Shown here piece after piece: positions 48,273 through 57,022 of a stretch of 64,000 bases of DNA (position 1 is the stretch's first letter; the number at the start of each line of letters is the position of its first letter). The stretch is from contig JAHITT010000004.1 in the NCBI GenBank assembly GCA_018817715.1, positions 19,751-83,750 on the forward strand, written 5' to 3'. The stretch comes from Patescibacteria group bacterium. Its GTDB lineage: Bacteria; Patescibacteriota; Patescibacteriia; Veblenbacterales; UBA10138. The notes beneath the pieces were generated by a model. It was not told the DNA's origin, ran no database searches, and saw only the letters and a program-made list of their open reading frames with translations. The position numbers and the translations under genes were made by a program.

Positions 48273-49037
48273 TTACCAAATTTTATTGGGACCTTGGGTT
48301 AATTGCTTATAAATTTCCTGATTAGAGGCAATAAAGTTGGTATTGCGATAATCATAATTTTTGCTACCTAAATTATTTACTACCCCACCAGCTTCTCTAA
48401 CCAACAATGACCCGGTAGCAAAATCATAATCTTTACCATAAGGATTAAAGCATAATCGGGCATCTAATTTACCAGTTGCTACCATGGCGAATTCCCAGCC
48501 GGCGCTGATAGTTTTTAATAAAACAGTCTGTTTTTTTAGACGTTCAAAAATTTGTCTGTCTGTTTCATTGTCCAACCGGCTTTCGTAAGAAACATAAGCC
48601 TGGCTTAAATTACGACTGCTAACACTTAACCTAGTCTGCTCACAATAAGCCCCACCATTTTTTTTGGCCCAATACATTAGATCATTTACAAAATCATAAA
48701 TTGCGCTAAAAACTACTTGCCCCTCCTCCACTAAAGCAATCATACAAGTACAAAAAGGTAACCCCCTGACAAAATGACCAGTAGCATCTATTGGATCCAT
48801 TAACCAAAATCTATCTGCCTTTCGGTTGCCACCAAATTCCTCTCCCACAAAATCTATAGTTGGATATATTTTTTTAAGTTCCGCCGAAACAAATTCTTCT
48901 ACTTGTAAATCCAGCTTTGTTACAACATTAACAGCTGAATCATCTTTTTGCTTTATAATAGCCGACTGGCCAAAACCAGGTAGTAATAAATCCTTAGTCT
49001 GGCGCAAAATTGGCAGAACTTTTTTAGAATAATCCAT
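48273..49037 (-). CDS. Inositol monophosphatase family protein
   Basis: VTKLD..VE, GEE, W.MDPIDAT, YDFATG.LLVREAGG. Confidence 0.9.
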   Translation of the reverse strand: MDYSKKVLPILRQTKDLLLPGFGQSAIIKQKDDSAVNVVTKLDLQVEEFVSAELKKIYPTIDFVGEEFGGNRKADRFWLMDPIDATGHFVRGLPFCTCMIALVEEGQVVFSAIYDFVNDLMYWAKKNGGAYCEQTRLSVSSRNLSQAYVSYESRLDNETDRQIFERLKKQTVLLKTISAGWEFAMVATGKLDARLCFNPYGKDYDFATGSLLVREAGGVVNNLGSKNYDYRNTNFIASNQEIYKQLTQGPNKIW

Positions 49038-49198
49038 ACTAGCTAATCATAACCCAAATTAACTAAATAACAAAAATATTTTACCTTAGTTAAAAACTTG
49101 ACAACTCAGCCAATTTATAATAATTTATCATTTACCTTAACTTTGTTAGTTATGGTAAAAATAAAAAAAATCAAATAACTTTAACATAGGAGTTAGTT

Positions 49199-49552
49199 AT
49201 GGAAGTTGCAGCCTACGACCCGACCAAATGTCAAATTTTAAATCCTGAAAACTTTACAGTTGAAGGAGCTAGTTGGCAAGGAATAATAGAAAAAATTATT
49301 TATTCCAGCAAAGCCAACAGATTAACAACAAGTAGAACTAACGGGACAATCCTATTGGTTGACATTACCAAAGGAACTGTCAATTTAACTAGCAAAGAAA
49401 TAGAAATATTTGCTAATGGCAAAAAAATTTTTGACAGTATGGTTCGCTTGGAAAAAAATAAAAACGAAATCTACGCAGGCAAACCAGGCGATAAAGTAGG
49501 TATATGTCTAAAAAAGACGCTGGTAAAAGAATTTGCCAAACTCCTTAATTAA
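49199..49552 (+). CDS. Hypothetical protein with an EF-Tu domain-II-like C-terminal segment
   Basis: AGGAG SD; AGKPGDKVGICL resembles translation-factor beta barrels. Confidence 0.5.
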   Translation: MEVAAYDPTKCQILNPENFTVEGASWQGIIEKIIYSSKANRLTTSRTNGTILLVDITKGTVNLTSKEIEIFANGKKIFDSMVRLEKNKNEIYAGKPGDKVGICLKKTLVKEFAKLLN

Positions 49553-49669
49553 CTAAAATTAAAAATATTTTCATTACTACGGCGCGACTTAACAAAGTCC
49601 GCCGTTATTTTATTTAATAAATTTTTTAACCAAAGTCTAATAGCTATAAATTTAAAATATATCTAAATA

Positions 49670-50647
49670 TTATAAATTAACCAAACCCGTCAAATTAAAC
49701 AAATAACCAGTAAAGATAATTCCCAGGCCAATCACCCCAGCAAAAATTAAAATCAACTTAACCTTCATTACTTTTTTTAAAATCATAAATTCCGGTAATG
49801 ATAAGGCAGTAACAGCCATCATAAAAGCCAAGGCTGTGCCCAAAGCTACCCCTTTTTCCATTAAAACAGCTACCAAGGGAATAACCCCGGCAGCATTAGT
49901 ATAAAGCGGAATACCAATCAAAACCGCCAAGGGTACAGCATACCATTTATCGGCCCCGACATAGCTGGCCAAAAAATCCATAGGCACATAACCATGAATC
50001 AAAGCACCTAAACCAATACCAACAGCCACATAAGGCCACACCTTTTTTACAATATCCTTAGTATATTCTTTAGCATAAAGGAATCTACCCGACCAACCTA
50101 TGGACCTATTTTCATAAACCAAAGATGCTTGAGGTTTAAAAATAAAATCAGCCACTAAACTTTCCGGATTTAATTTTCCTATTATCAAACCAGTTAAAAT
50201 TGCGATAATTAAACCACTAACAATATAAAATAAAGCTATTTTCCAACCAAATAAACCAACCAGTAAAATTAAAGCCACTTCATTAATCATAGGTGAAGCC
50301 ACTAAAAAAGAAAAAGTAACTCCTAAAGGCACACCAGCTTCTACAAAACCTAAAAAAAGCGGTACAGCACTGCAAGAACAAAAAGGGGTAATAATTCCCA
50401 AAATAGCGGCCATAGTATGGCCAATTAATTTGTTTCTATTTAGCAAGATTAAACGTATTCTAGCTGGCGGCCAAAAAGAACGAACCAAAGAAACTATAAA
50501 AATTATAAAAACTAACAATACCAATATCTTAATAAAATCATAAATAAAAAAATTGACTGCTTGGGCCACCACCATATCGCCAGCCAAATTTAATACCTTA
50601 AAAGTTACCCAATCAGCCAATAATTTTATGGGATAAAAAATATCCAT
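49670..50647 (-). CDS. ArsP/DUF318 family permease
   Basis: TPFCSCSAVP, FLVASPM.NE, ALSLPE. Confidence 0.9.
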   Translation of the reverse strand: MDIFYPIKLLADWVTFKVLNLAGDMVVAQAVNFFIYDFIKILVLLVFIIFIVSLVRSFWPPARIRLILLNRNKLIGHTMAAILGIITPFCSCSAVPLFLGFVEAGVPLGVTFSFLVASPMINEVALILLVGLFGWKIALFYIVSGLIIAILTGLIIGKLNPESLVADFIFKPQASLVYENRSIGWSGRFLYAKEYTKDIVKKVWPYVAVGIGLGALIHGYVPMDFLASYVGADKWYAVPLAVLIGIPLYTNAAGVIPLVAVLMEKGVALGTALAFMMAVTALSLPEFMILKKVMKVKLILIFAGVIGLGIIFTGYLFNLTGLVNL

Positions 50648-50650
50648 AAA

Positions 50651-50902
50651 CTAAAAATTGTCTTGAATTAATTTTTTAATTTTTTTAATATCCGAAGTAA
50701 AACCAACTAAAACAGCTTGGCCGTTCACCACTAAAACCGGACTTTGCATTAACCCAAAATCCAATATTCTTTGAAGATCCTTAATATATTCAACCGTTAC
50801 ACTTAAACCTAAGTCCTTAACAACCTGCTGCGTTAATTTATATAATTTTTGACAAGCTGGGCAACCAGAACCTAAAACCTGAATATTTTTTAAATTATTC
50901 AT
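50651..50902 (-). CDS. Small thioredoxin-like redox protein
   Basis: IQVLGSGCPAC, SP.LVVNG. Confidence 0.88.
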   Translation of the reverse strand: MNNLKNIQVLGSGCPACQKLYKLTQQVVKDLGLSVTVEYIKDLQRILDFGLMQSPVLVVNGQAVLVGFTSDIKKIKKLIQDNF

Positions 50903-51209
50903 ACTTTTGTAAAAAATGCTTTAACAATAAATTAAATTCTCTTAGCTGCTTTTTGTTTATTGAATAAATCATATTCAAACCCTTTTTTTGGGAATTAATT
51001 AAGCCTGCTTGCTTAAGAACCTTTAAATGGTGGGAAACCAAATTCTGAGGAATCGCCAAATCTTGTCGAATATCACAAACACACCGTTCCCCTTTTTGTA
51101 GACTACATAAAATCTTAAGACGATTTTTTTCGGCTATGATTTTTAAAAAATTAGCTGTCTGGCTAATTTGGGTAAGAATTTTTTTATTTAAACAACACTT
51201 GGACTTCAT
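50895..51209 (-). CDS. ArsR/SmtB family regulator
   Basis: RLKIL..L..GERCVCDI, VSHHLKVLK.AGLI; N-terminal CC. Confidence 0.9.
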   Translation of the reverse strand: MKSKCCLNKKILTQISQTANFLKIIAEKNRLKILCSLQKGERCVCDIRQDLAIPQNLVSHHLKVLKQAGLINSQKKGLNMIYSINKKQLREFNLLLKHFLQKYE

Positions 51210-51235
51210 ACTATATCAATTTATATTGATATAGT
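51210..51235. promoter_or_regulatory. ArsR-type operator
   Basis: ACTATATCAAT-TTAT-ATTGATATAGT immediately upstream of the regulator. Confidence 0.7.
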
Positions 51236-51319
51236 AACAAACTCAATATTCCCAGTCAATAACCTTAACATAAACCTTTAAAACCATGCCAACGCCACAA
51301 GAAGGCCTAAATGTTAAGT

Positions 51320-51613
51320 TCAAAGTTTCTTATAATAAACACCTTGACCGGCTTGGCCGATTTGTTTAATTTTGCCCTGCTGTTCCAGTTCGTTTAAATA
51401 ACGCTCGGCCGTGGCATCGCTAACGCCCAGCAATTCCTCCACGTTATTATTAGTTACCTGTTCCTGGTCAGCAAACATAGCCCAAACTTTTTGCAAATTC
51501 TGCTCTTTTTGATTAATCGCCTCCGGCGACTTTTTTGATTCTACTTTTACCAAAATCAAAGCCAACACCAAACCCACTACCACACCAAGAGCTAAAGATA
51601 AAATTAAAGTCAT
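51320..51613 (-). CDS. Membrane-anchored HTH protein
   Basis: N-terminal TM; TNNNVEELLGVSDATAERYL.ELE..G. Confidence 0.7.
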   Translation of the reverse strand: MTLILSLALGVVVGLVLALILVKVESKKSPEAINQKEQNLQKVWAMFADQEQVTNNNVEELLGVSDATAERYLNELEQQGKIKQIGQAGQGVYYKKL

Positions 51614-51813
51614 AAATGCTTAATTTATTAGCTATTTTAGCTGAACGGCTCAAAAAAATAAGGTATTGAGGCGTTCAGTAGCTAAGCTAATTTTACCTAA
51701 ATTTTACCTAAATTAACAGTCTACTTAAAACCCTTGCCAAGCTATAGTGTTTTAGGTAGGATATATGTCGTGCCCTATAGGGCATTTTAAAAACAAAAAT
51801 TGTTAACTTATAT

Positions 51814-51888
51814 TCCGGGGTAGCTCAGTGGTAGAGCAGTTGGCTGTTAACCAATTGGTCGTGGGTTCGAGTCCCACCCCCGGAGCCA
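51814..51888 (+). tRNA. tRNA-Asn(GTT), integration site
   Basis: TCCGGGG/CCCCGGA acceptor stem, GTTGG-CT-GTT-AA-CCAAT, G73 and encoded CCA. Confidence 0.95.
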
Positions 51889-53490
51889 GATAGGATTAAC
51901 ATCAGCGAAAGCTGGTGTTTTTCCTTTATTGACGGGCTCTTTTGGCGGTTCGAAAGTCTTTTTTTCGTCTATTTTTTCTCCCAACATCTCGATTACTCGG
52001 TTAGAGATGATTTTGAAGGCTTTCTGGTATGAAATCTCGATTTTCTTGCCATTTATGGTCGGGTTCGAAAATAAAAGGGACAATAATACTTTTTTGTCGT
52101 CGACCATGTCGAAGGTGCTTCGGTTTATGTAAATCTTTCTTGCATCCTTGGCCATTTGGAGAAATGTCGATCCCATATCGTAATACTTAAGGTTGGCATT
52201 TTTATGCTTGTTGAGGCTGTCCATCACTTCCTCCTGCTCAATCTTGTATTGCTGGTACTTTTTCTGATAGAAGTCCTCGCTGATTTTGCCGTCGATCTTG
52301 TCGTCATATATTTTATCTAGTCTCTGCGTGGCTACCTGGTAGCGTCGCTCGAGTTCGCCGGTAGCCTTTTCCCTGAATTCTATCTCCTCACCGTGGCTTT
52401 CCTTGAGAGCCTCTTGGACCCAAGTGAGCATATTCTCTATGGCTTCATCGTGATTAGAGCTCAAGAGCTCGATATTCTCCGTTACTTGTATATCGATATT
52501 TTCTTGCTTCACCCATTCTCTTTGTTTGCAATTTTTGTAATGGTTGCAGTGACCGTACCAATGACCTTTCTGTATCTCCCAAGTTATCCGACCCTTGCAT
52601 TCGTCACAGTGGAAGATGTTTTTGAACAGTGGGTTGTGCTTGTTATATTTTGGCGTCCCGTTGCTATGCATGATATCTTGGCACCGCATGAATAATTCTT
52701 TGGTGATCAGTGGCTCGTGTTCACCTTTGCCAACTTTGCCGTTCCAACGATTCATTCCGTAATAGAATGGATCACCGAGAAGCTGGTGGACTCGCGAGTG
52801 ACTCACTTTGTTGCCTCCTCGAGATCGCATACCGAGCCTGTACATTTCATCGGCAAGTTTCTTGGTCGAGCTTACGTTGGTGGCATAGAGGTCAAACATT
52901 TTCTTAACCATCGGTGCTTTGTCCTCATCTATCACATGGATTTTATGTCCTTTCTCACCAATCGTTTTATATCCGAGTGGTGGTTTGCTCGGCAACCATC
53001 CTTGAGCGAGTTTTTCTTTCTGGCCTTTCTTTACGTTTTCGGACAAAAGGCGGATGTAATATTCGGCCGTGGCCACTTTCACTCGCCACATAAACCATTC
53101 ATGCGACTTGGAGTCTTTGTGAAGCGTACATCCTTCTTTGACCAAGTGGATCGTATGCTTTTCGTCCGCTAGTATCCATTCGTCAATTACCGGCACATCG
53201 GCAAAATTACGGGTCAGGCGATCGGTTGTCTCCACGAAGACTGTATTGATCTTGGACTTGGTCACGTATTCCAACATTTCGTGAAATATTTTGCGCTGGA
53301 TTTTTCCAGCGGCCGACTCCTGAATGGCAAAAACCTTTACGAGCTCGTAGCCGTTGCGGTCGGCGTAGTCTCGCAAAAGTTTCTCTTGAGCCGGAAGCGA
53401 ATAGCCGGTGTCCTCCTGATCTTTGGAAGACACCCGGGCGTAGCCTACGGCTTGCATCGATTGATTTTCTTGATTCATTGTCATAATCAT
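51847..53490 (-). CDS. Large serine recombinase (integrase)
   Basis: YARVSS catalytic Ser, DRLTRN, PPLGY, HEPLI, CxxC zinc ribbon, coiled coil; C-terminus read through the tRNA antisense strand. Confidence 0.93.
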   Translation of the reverse strand: MIMTMNQENQSMQAVGYARVSSKDQEDTGYSLPAQEKLLRDYADRNGYELVKVFAIQESAAGKIQRKIFHEMLEYVTKSKINTVFVETTDRLTRNFADVPVIDEWILADEKHTIHLVKEGCTLHKDSKSHEWFMWRVKVATAEYYIRLLSENVKKGQKEKLAQGWLPSKPPLGYKTIGEKGHKIHVIDEDKAPMVKKMFDLYATNVSSTKKLADEMYRLGMRSRGGNKVSHSRVHQLLGDPFYYGMNRWNGKVGKGEHEPLITKELFMRCQDIMHSNGTPKYNKHNPLFKNIFHCDECKGRITWEIQKGHWYGHCNHYKNCKQREWVKQENIDIQVTENIELLSSNHDEAIENMLTWVQEALKESHGEEIEFREKATGELERRYQVATQRLDKIYDDKIDGKISEDFYQKKYQQYKIEQEEVMDSLNKHKNANLKYYDMGSTFLQMAKDARKIYINRSTFDMVDDKKVLLSLLFSNPTINGKKIEISYQKAFKIISNRVIEMLGEKIDEKKTFEPPKEPVNKGKTPAFADVNPIWLRGWDSNPRPIG

Positions 53491-53587
53491 TTAGTTAATA
53501 ATTTGTTGGTTCGAATGCGACTTTTCGTACCACGACACACCCTATACTAATTTTTTGGACAAGCTAAGCTCGAGTTGCCCACAGCAG

Positions 53588-54124
53588 TTATTCTCCGGTG
53601 TCGACCCACTTTTTTATTATTTCCGCTTTCGCATCGGGATACTGATTGCGTGCGAGTGCTAGTTGCATTTCATAAGGGATAAATTCCCAGCGATCACTTG
53701 GAGTCATCTCGCTGAAGTTGATCTTGTTTAGTTGAAGAGTTTCTTTTGGATGGCCCTCCACACGATCAAGTAGTTCTTTGATGGCCGCCAGTTTTACGTT
53801 ATCGTTTTGGCTTCCCATAAGCGCAACCAGCATCTCGTTGGCCAGACGAAAGTTTTGCTCACGAATACGCACACCGGCTTTCCGGACTATGTCCACAGTT
53901 TCCTGATGGATCGCATCCATTTCCTGTTCATACAACTCATAGGTTTCTCGTAGTGTTCCCGATTGTCTGAACCAGTCTTTGACCGTTTGCTCAGTGAATT
54001 TGGCTTTTCTACTTTTTTCAAACCGGTGATTGATATCCTCGGCAATGTTTTGGTAGGAATAGCCTTTATATTTCAGCTCAAGCGCGCGTTCGTGATATTT
54101 TGTTATGGTTTTCAACTTGGCCAT
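53588..54124 (-). CDS. HTH protein, terminase-small-subunit-like
   Basis: GYSYQNIAE..TVKDWF HTH; DNVKLAAIKELLDRVEGHPKE motif. Confidence 0.5.
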   Translation of the reverse strand: MAKLKTITKYHERALELKYKGYSYQNIAEDINHRFEKSRKAKFTEQTVKDWFRQSGTLRETYELYEQEMDAIHQETVDIVRKAGVRIREQNFRLANEMLVALMGSQNDNVKLAAIKELLDRVEGHPKETLQLNKINFSEMTPSDRWEFIPYEMQLALARNQYPDAKAEIIKKWVDTGE

Positions 54125-54147
54125 AAAAGTGGGGTTTAGTGGAGTCC

Positions 54148-54339
54148 TTATTCCTTGATCGTGATGATGAGGAGTGCTCTGCCGGTTACCCGTTCGATGA
54201 TGTAAGCGGCCGCATGTGCTCGCACCTCAACATCTTTGGATTCCAGAAGCGAGATCAGAACTTTCGCCGCTTTTGGCAGATTCTTTTTGAGTATCTCGTC
54301 TGAGATTTCGACTTCCGTTTTCTTTTTATGCTTGCTCAT
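54148..54339 (-). CDS. Small protein paralogous to the C-terminal motif of the neighbouring terS-like protein
   Basis: AAKVLISLLESKDVEVRAHAAAYIIERVTGR vs ANEMLVALMGSQNDNVKLAAIKELLDRVEGH. Confidence 0.5.
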   Translation of the reverse strand: MSKHKKKTEVEISDEILKKNLPKAAKVLISLLESKDVEVRAHAAAYIIERVTGRALLIITIKE

Positions 54340-54350
54340 AGGTGTGTTGG

Positions 54351-54938
54351 TTAGTAGTTACGTTTATGTCGGTTCGACGAGAACGACATCCTGGCGACAA
54401 GGTCGGCTTTCATCTGGTTTATTTTCTTGATCTGGTTTTGGCCGTTAACTTCTTTATAATTTTCTTTAATTTCTTTTAATCCCTTAGCTTCTATATCATC
54501 GCCGTCGGACGCAGTGTGCGTGTCATGCCGTTCGGCATTTCGTGCTGATCGGCCACCGTCCTGCTTCAGATGTAGGATGGATAGCAAAGTGATGCTTCGG
54601 GGTTTGAATTTGGCATCATCGCCTCGGATTTTTGTGATCGCGACAAAAGCCCACTCTTCGAGCTTGTCCAAACACTTCTTAATCGTTCGCCAATCTTTCA
54701 GGCCAGAGTAAAGCCGAAGCGTCTTGTTGGATGCTTCTATGGTCTGGCTCGCTTTGTTTGAAGCGATCTCGGTCAAAGCACAGTAGACATTACGCAGATT
54801 GCGATATGCATCGTCGCTTACATGCTTATCGAGCCACTGCTGACGCATAAACCGCAAAGCCGGTTTGTCTTGATAGGCAAACGGGGCTTCGCGGTAATCT
54901 CGGACCTTATACTTCTTGTCGCTTTGGTACATTGTCAT
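54351..54938 (-). CDS. Winged-HTH protein, phage replication-initiator-like
   Basis: VYCAL....N.......SNKTL....GL....TIKKCL..LE...FV. Confidence 0.5.
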   Translation of the reverse strand: MTMYQSDKKYKVRDYREAPFAYQDKPALRFMRQQWLDKHVSDDAYRNLRNVYCALTEIASNKASQTIEASNKTLRLYSGLKDWRTIKKCLDKLEEWAFVAITKIRGDDAKFKPRSITLLSILHLKQDGGRSARNAERHDTHTASDGDDIEAKGLKEIKENYKEVNGQNQIKKINQMKADLVARMSFSSNRHKRNY

Positions 54939-55116
54939 ATGGCTCTATGAGCGTTCGACCACTGGTGATGTCCTCGATGTAGAATCGCGACAAAGCATCG
55001 TAATAACTTACGAGATTGAATGCGATGTCGTGCAGGTCTTGGTCATTCACTTCCTGCCCGAAGTCTCTTTTGAGAATCACGCGGAGCTTCTCCAGCGTTT
55101 CCGGTTTTATTTTCAC
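54907..55116 (-). CDS. Small hypothetical protein
   Basis: GTG start; KIKPETLEKLRVILKRDFGQEV; operon packing. Confidence 0.5.
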   Translation of the reverse strand: MKIKPETLEKLRVILKRDFGQEVNDQDLHDIAFNLVSYYDALSRFYIEDITSGRTLIEPYDNVPKRQEV

Positions 55117-55121
55117 AGGTC

Positions 55122-55364
55122 TTAGTTCTCGGCGTAAATCCGTACCTTGACCTGTTTGACCTCGTTGAAGAACGCTTGAGGCTCGACTTGAAGCTCGCGG
55201 CTCCAATATCGCTTCACCAGAGAATCCAAGTCCGGGCTCTTGCCGAAGCAGAAGAGCACCTTGTGCGGATTTCCCCGATCCACGACCTCAAGAGAATCAG
55301 GAATAAATAATAAAAGCACCGCGACCAATGCCAGGTCGGCGGTTTTGTAGTAATTGTTTTCCAT
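55122..55364 (-). CDS. DUF5659-like protein
   Basis: YKTADLAL.A.L...V.F.F......L...YW...L.VEP..FF...K..K..IY. Confidence 0.65.
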   Translation of the reverse strand: MENNYYKTADLALVAVLLLFIPDSLEVVDRGNPHKVLFCFGKSPDLDSLVKRYWSRELQVEPQAFFNEVKQVKVRIYAEN

Positions 55365-55527
55365 ATGTTGGCATTTTCATCGTCATTAACTTCCTCTCAC
55401 ACGCTTTTATTTTGGCAAACGAGTCGCTATGCCTTACATACTCCGCAAAGAAATTTGCGCAAACAAAAAACGCCCATTTTTCGGGCGTGCCGCTTAAGTT
55501 ATTAACACTACTTGAGGAATACGAGTG

Positions 55528-56208
55528 TCACCGCAGGAAAATTCTATATTCCGGATTGATCCGGTAGCCGTCGGTGCGACGACCCTCAATCAGTTTGCCG
55601 ATTTTCAAATCATTTTTAGCTTTGGCGTTTATTTTCATAATTGCCGAGCGTACCGAATAATCGCTTCCGGCTTCAGTAGCCATGCGGATATCTGGCGTGG
55701 TCTGGTAGGTTTTGCCGATCAGGTATTTCAGTATCCGATACCGGAGCAACTCTTTACCCATGTGGTAGCAGTATTTGCTTTTCGGATCACGGTACAGGTC
55801 GGCATCGGCCGACAAGTGGAGAATGGTCTGTTTAAGATCAGGTTTTGCTTTTCCTTGCGCAAAGTATTCGGCAAAAGAGATAGCCGCTTCACGTGCGAAT
55901 GTTTTTATAAAATGCTGATCATACTCGGTCAGTCCCTCAAACTTGCTCGTCCGGTGTTCCAAGAGGGACCGGATACTTTTGACCTCGAGCTTTGTTTCGA
56001 TTATTTCTCTGGTTAGATCACCGACGGCTGATTTGTTGTTCTGGATGATCTTATCCCCATCGGCTATACCAGCCGTTTTCATCGACGATCGGAGTATTTT
56101 CTCGGTGGTAACGATTGAGAGACGATAGGTTTGCGCCATCGTCACCGGTTTTCTGATATTGAATTTGTGCCTAGTGGCCAAAGAGGCCTTTTTCATTTTC
56201 ATACTCAT
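55528..56208 (-). CDS. Hypothetical protein with C-terminal OmpR-like winged helix
   Basis: SVRSAIMKIN.K......LIEGRRTDGYRIN. Confidence 0.55.
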   Translation of the reverse strand: MSMKMKKASLATRHKFNIRKPVTMAQTYRLSIVTTEKILRSSMKTAGIADGDKIIQNNKSAVGDLTREIIETKLEVKSIRSLLEHRTSKFEGLTEYDQHFIKTFAREAAISFAEYFAQGKAKPDLKQTILHLSADADLYRDPKSKYCYHMGKELLRYRILKYLIGKTYQTTPDIRMATEAGSDYSVRSAIMKINAKAKNDLKIGKLIEGRRTDGYRINPEYRIFLR

Positions 56209-56320
56209 TTTTGTACTGGAACGTAGCTTTAGCGTAACTTCCAGTTAAAGTTTAGTGAATAGAACCCGTTTTCTACTCTTCATTCACTACTAAGCAATTT
56301 TGCTTATTTGCCCATACCCA

Positions 56321-56349
56321 TTGCTTTAATCCTAAGTATAGCATATAAT
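56321..56349 (+). promoter_or_regulatory. Promoter TTGCTT-17-TATAAT for the defence block
   Basis: Perfect -10 and 17-bp spacer. Confidence 0.55.
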
Positions 56350-56394
56350 GTAATCCATAAGTAACATTTTGCGTAACCTTTTAGATTATAACCT

Positions 56395-56991
56395 ATGACC
56401 CAGCGAATAGACATCATGAATACACTCCTCCGATCCAAGCAGTCAGTATTTACGTTCAAGGAAGTAAACTTGCTTGCTGGAGGTGAAATCAGCCCAGCTC
56501 TATTGCGACGCCGGGTGAGCTATTACATTCAAAAAGATCAACTGCATCCGCTTCGACGCGGCATTTATGCCAAAGATAAAAAATATGACAAATTCGAATT
56601 GGCAAATCGAATTTATACCCCCTCGTATATAAGCTTTGAGACTGTTCTCAGTCGAGCAGGTGTTATTTTTCAATCATACGGGCAAATATTTATTGCATCT
56701 TATCTTACACGCGAACTGAAAATTGATGACCAGATATATTCTTACAGAAAAATTAAGGACGACATCCTAATGAGAACTCAACTGCCTATAGGCATCGAAC
56801 ATAAAGGCACTTATTCCATTGCTACTCCTGAACGGGCATTTTTAGACGTGGTTTATCTTTCCAAAGATTATCACTTCGACAATTTGTCCGCTTTAAACTG
56901 GGAGAAGGTATTTGAGATTCTCCCAATTTTTGAAAATGTCGAGATGGAAAAACGGGTCAAGGCATATTACGAGCTGTTCAAGCATAGTTAA
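56395..56991 (+). CDS. AbiEi-like (type IV TA antitoxin family) protein
   Basis: LRRGIY, PSYISFET.L..AG.I.Q, IATPERAFLD..Y. Confidence 0.8.
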   Translation: MTQRIDIMNTLLRSKQSVFTFKEVNLLAGGEISPALLRRRVSYYIQKDQLHPLRRGIYAKDKKYDKFELANRIYTPSYISFETVLSRAGVIFQSYGQIFIASYLTRELKIDDQIYSYRKIKDDILMRTQLPIGIEHKGTYSIATPERAFLDVVYLSKDYHFDNLSALNWEKVFEILPIFENVEMEKRVKAYYELFKHS

Positions 56992-57022
56992 GCCTGAATC
57001 ATGAGTATGAAAATGAAAATGT

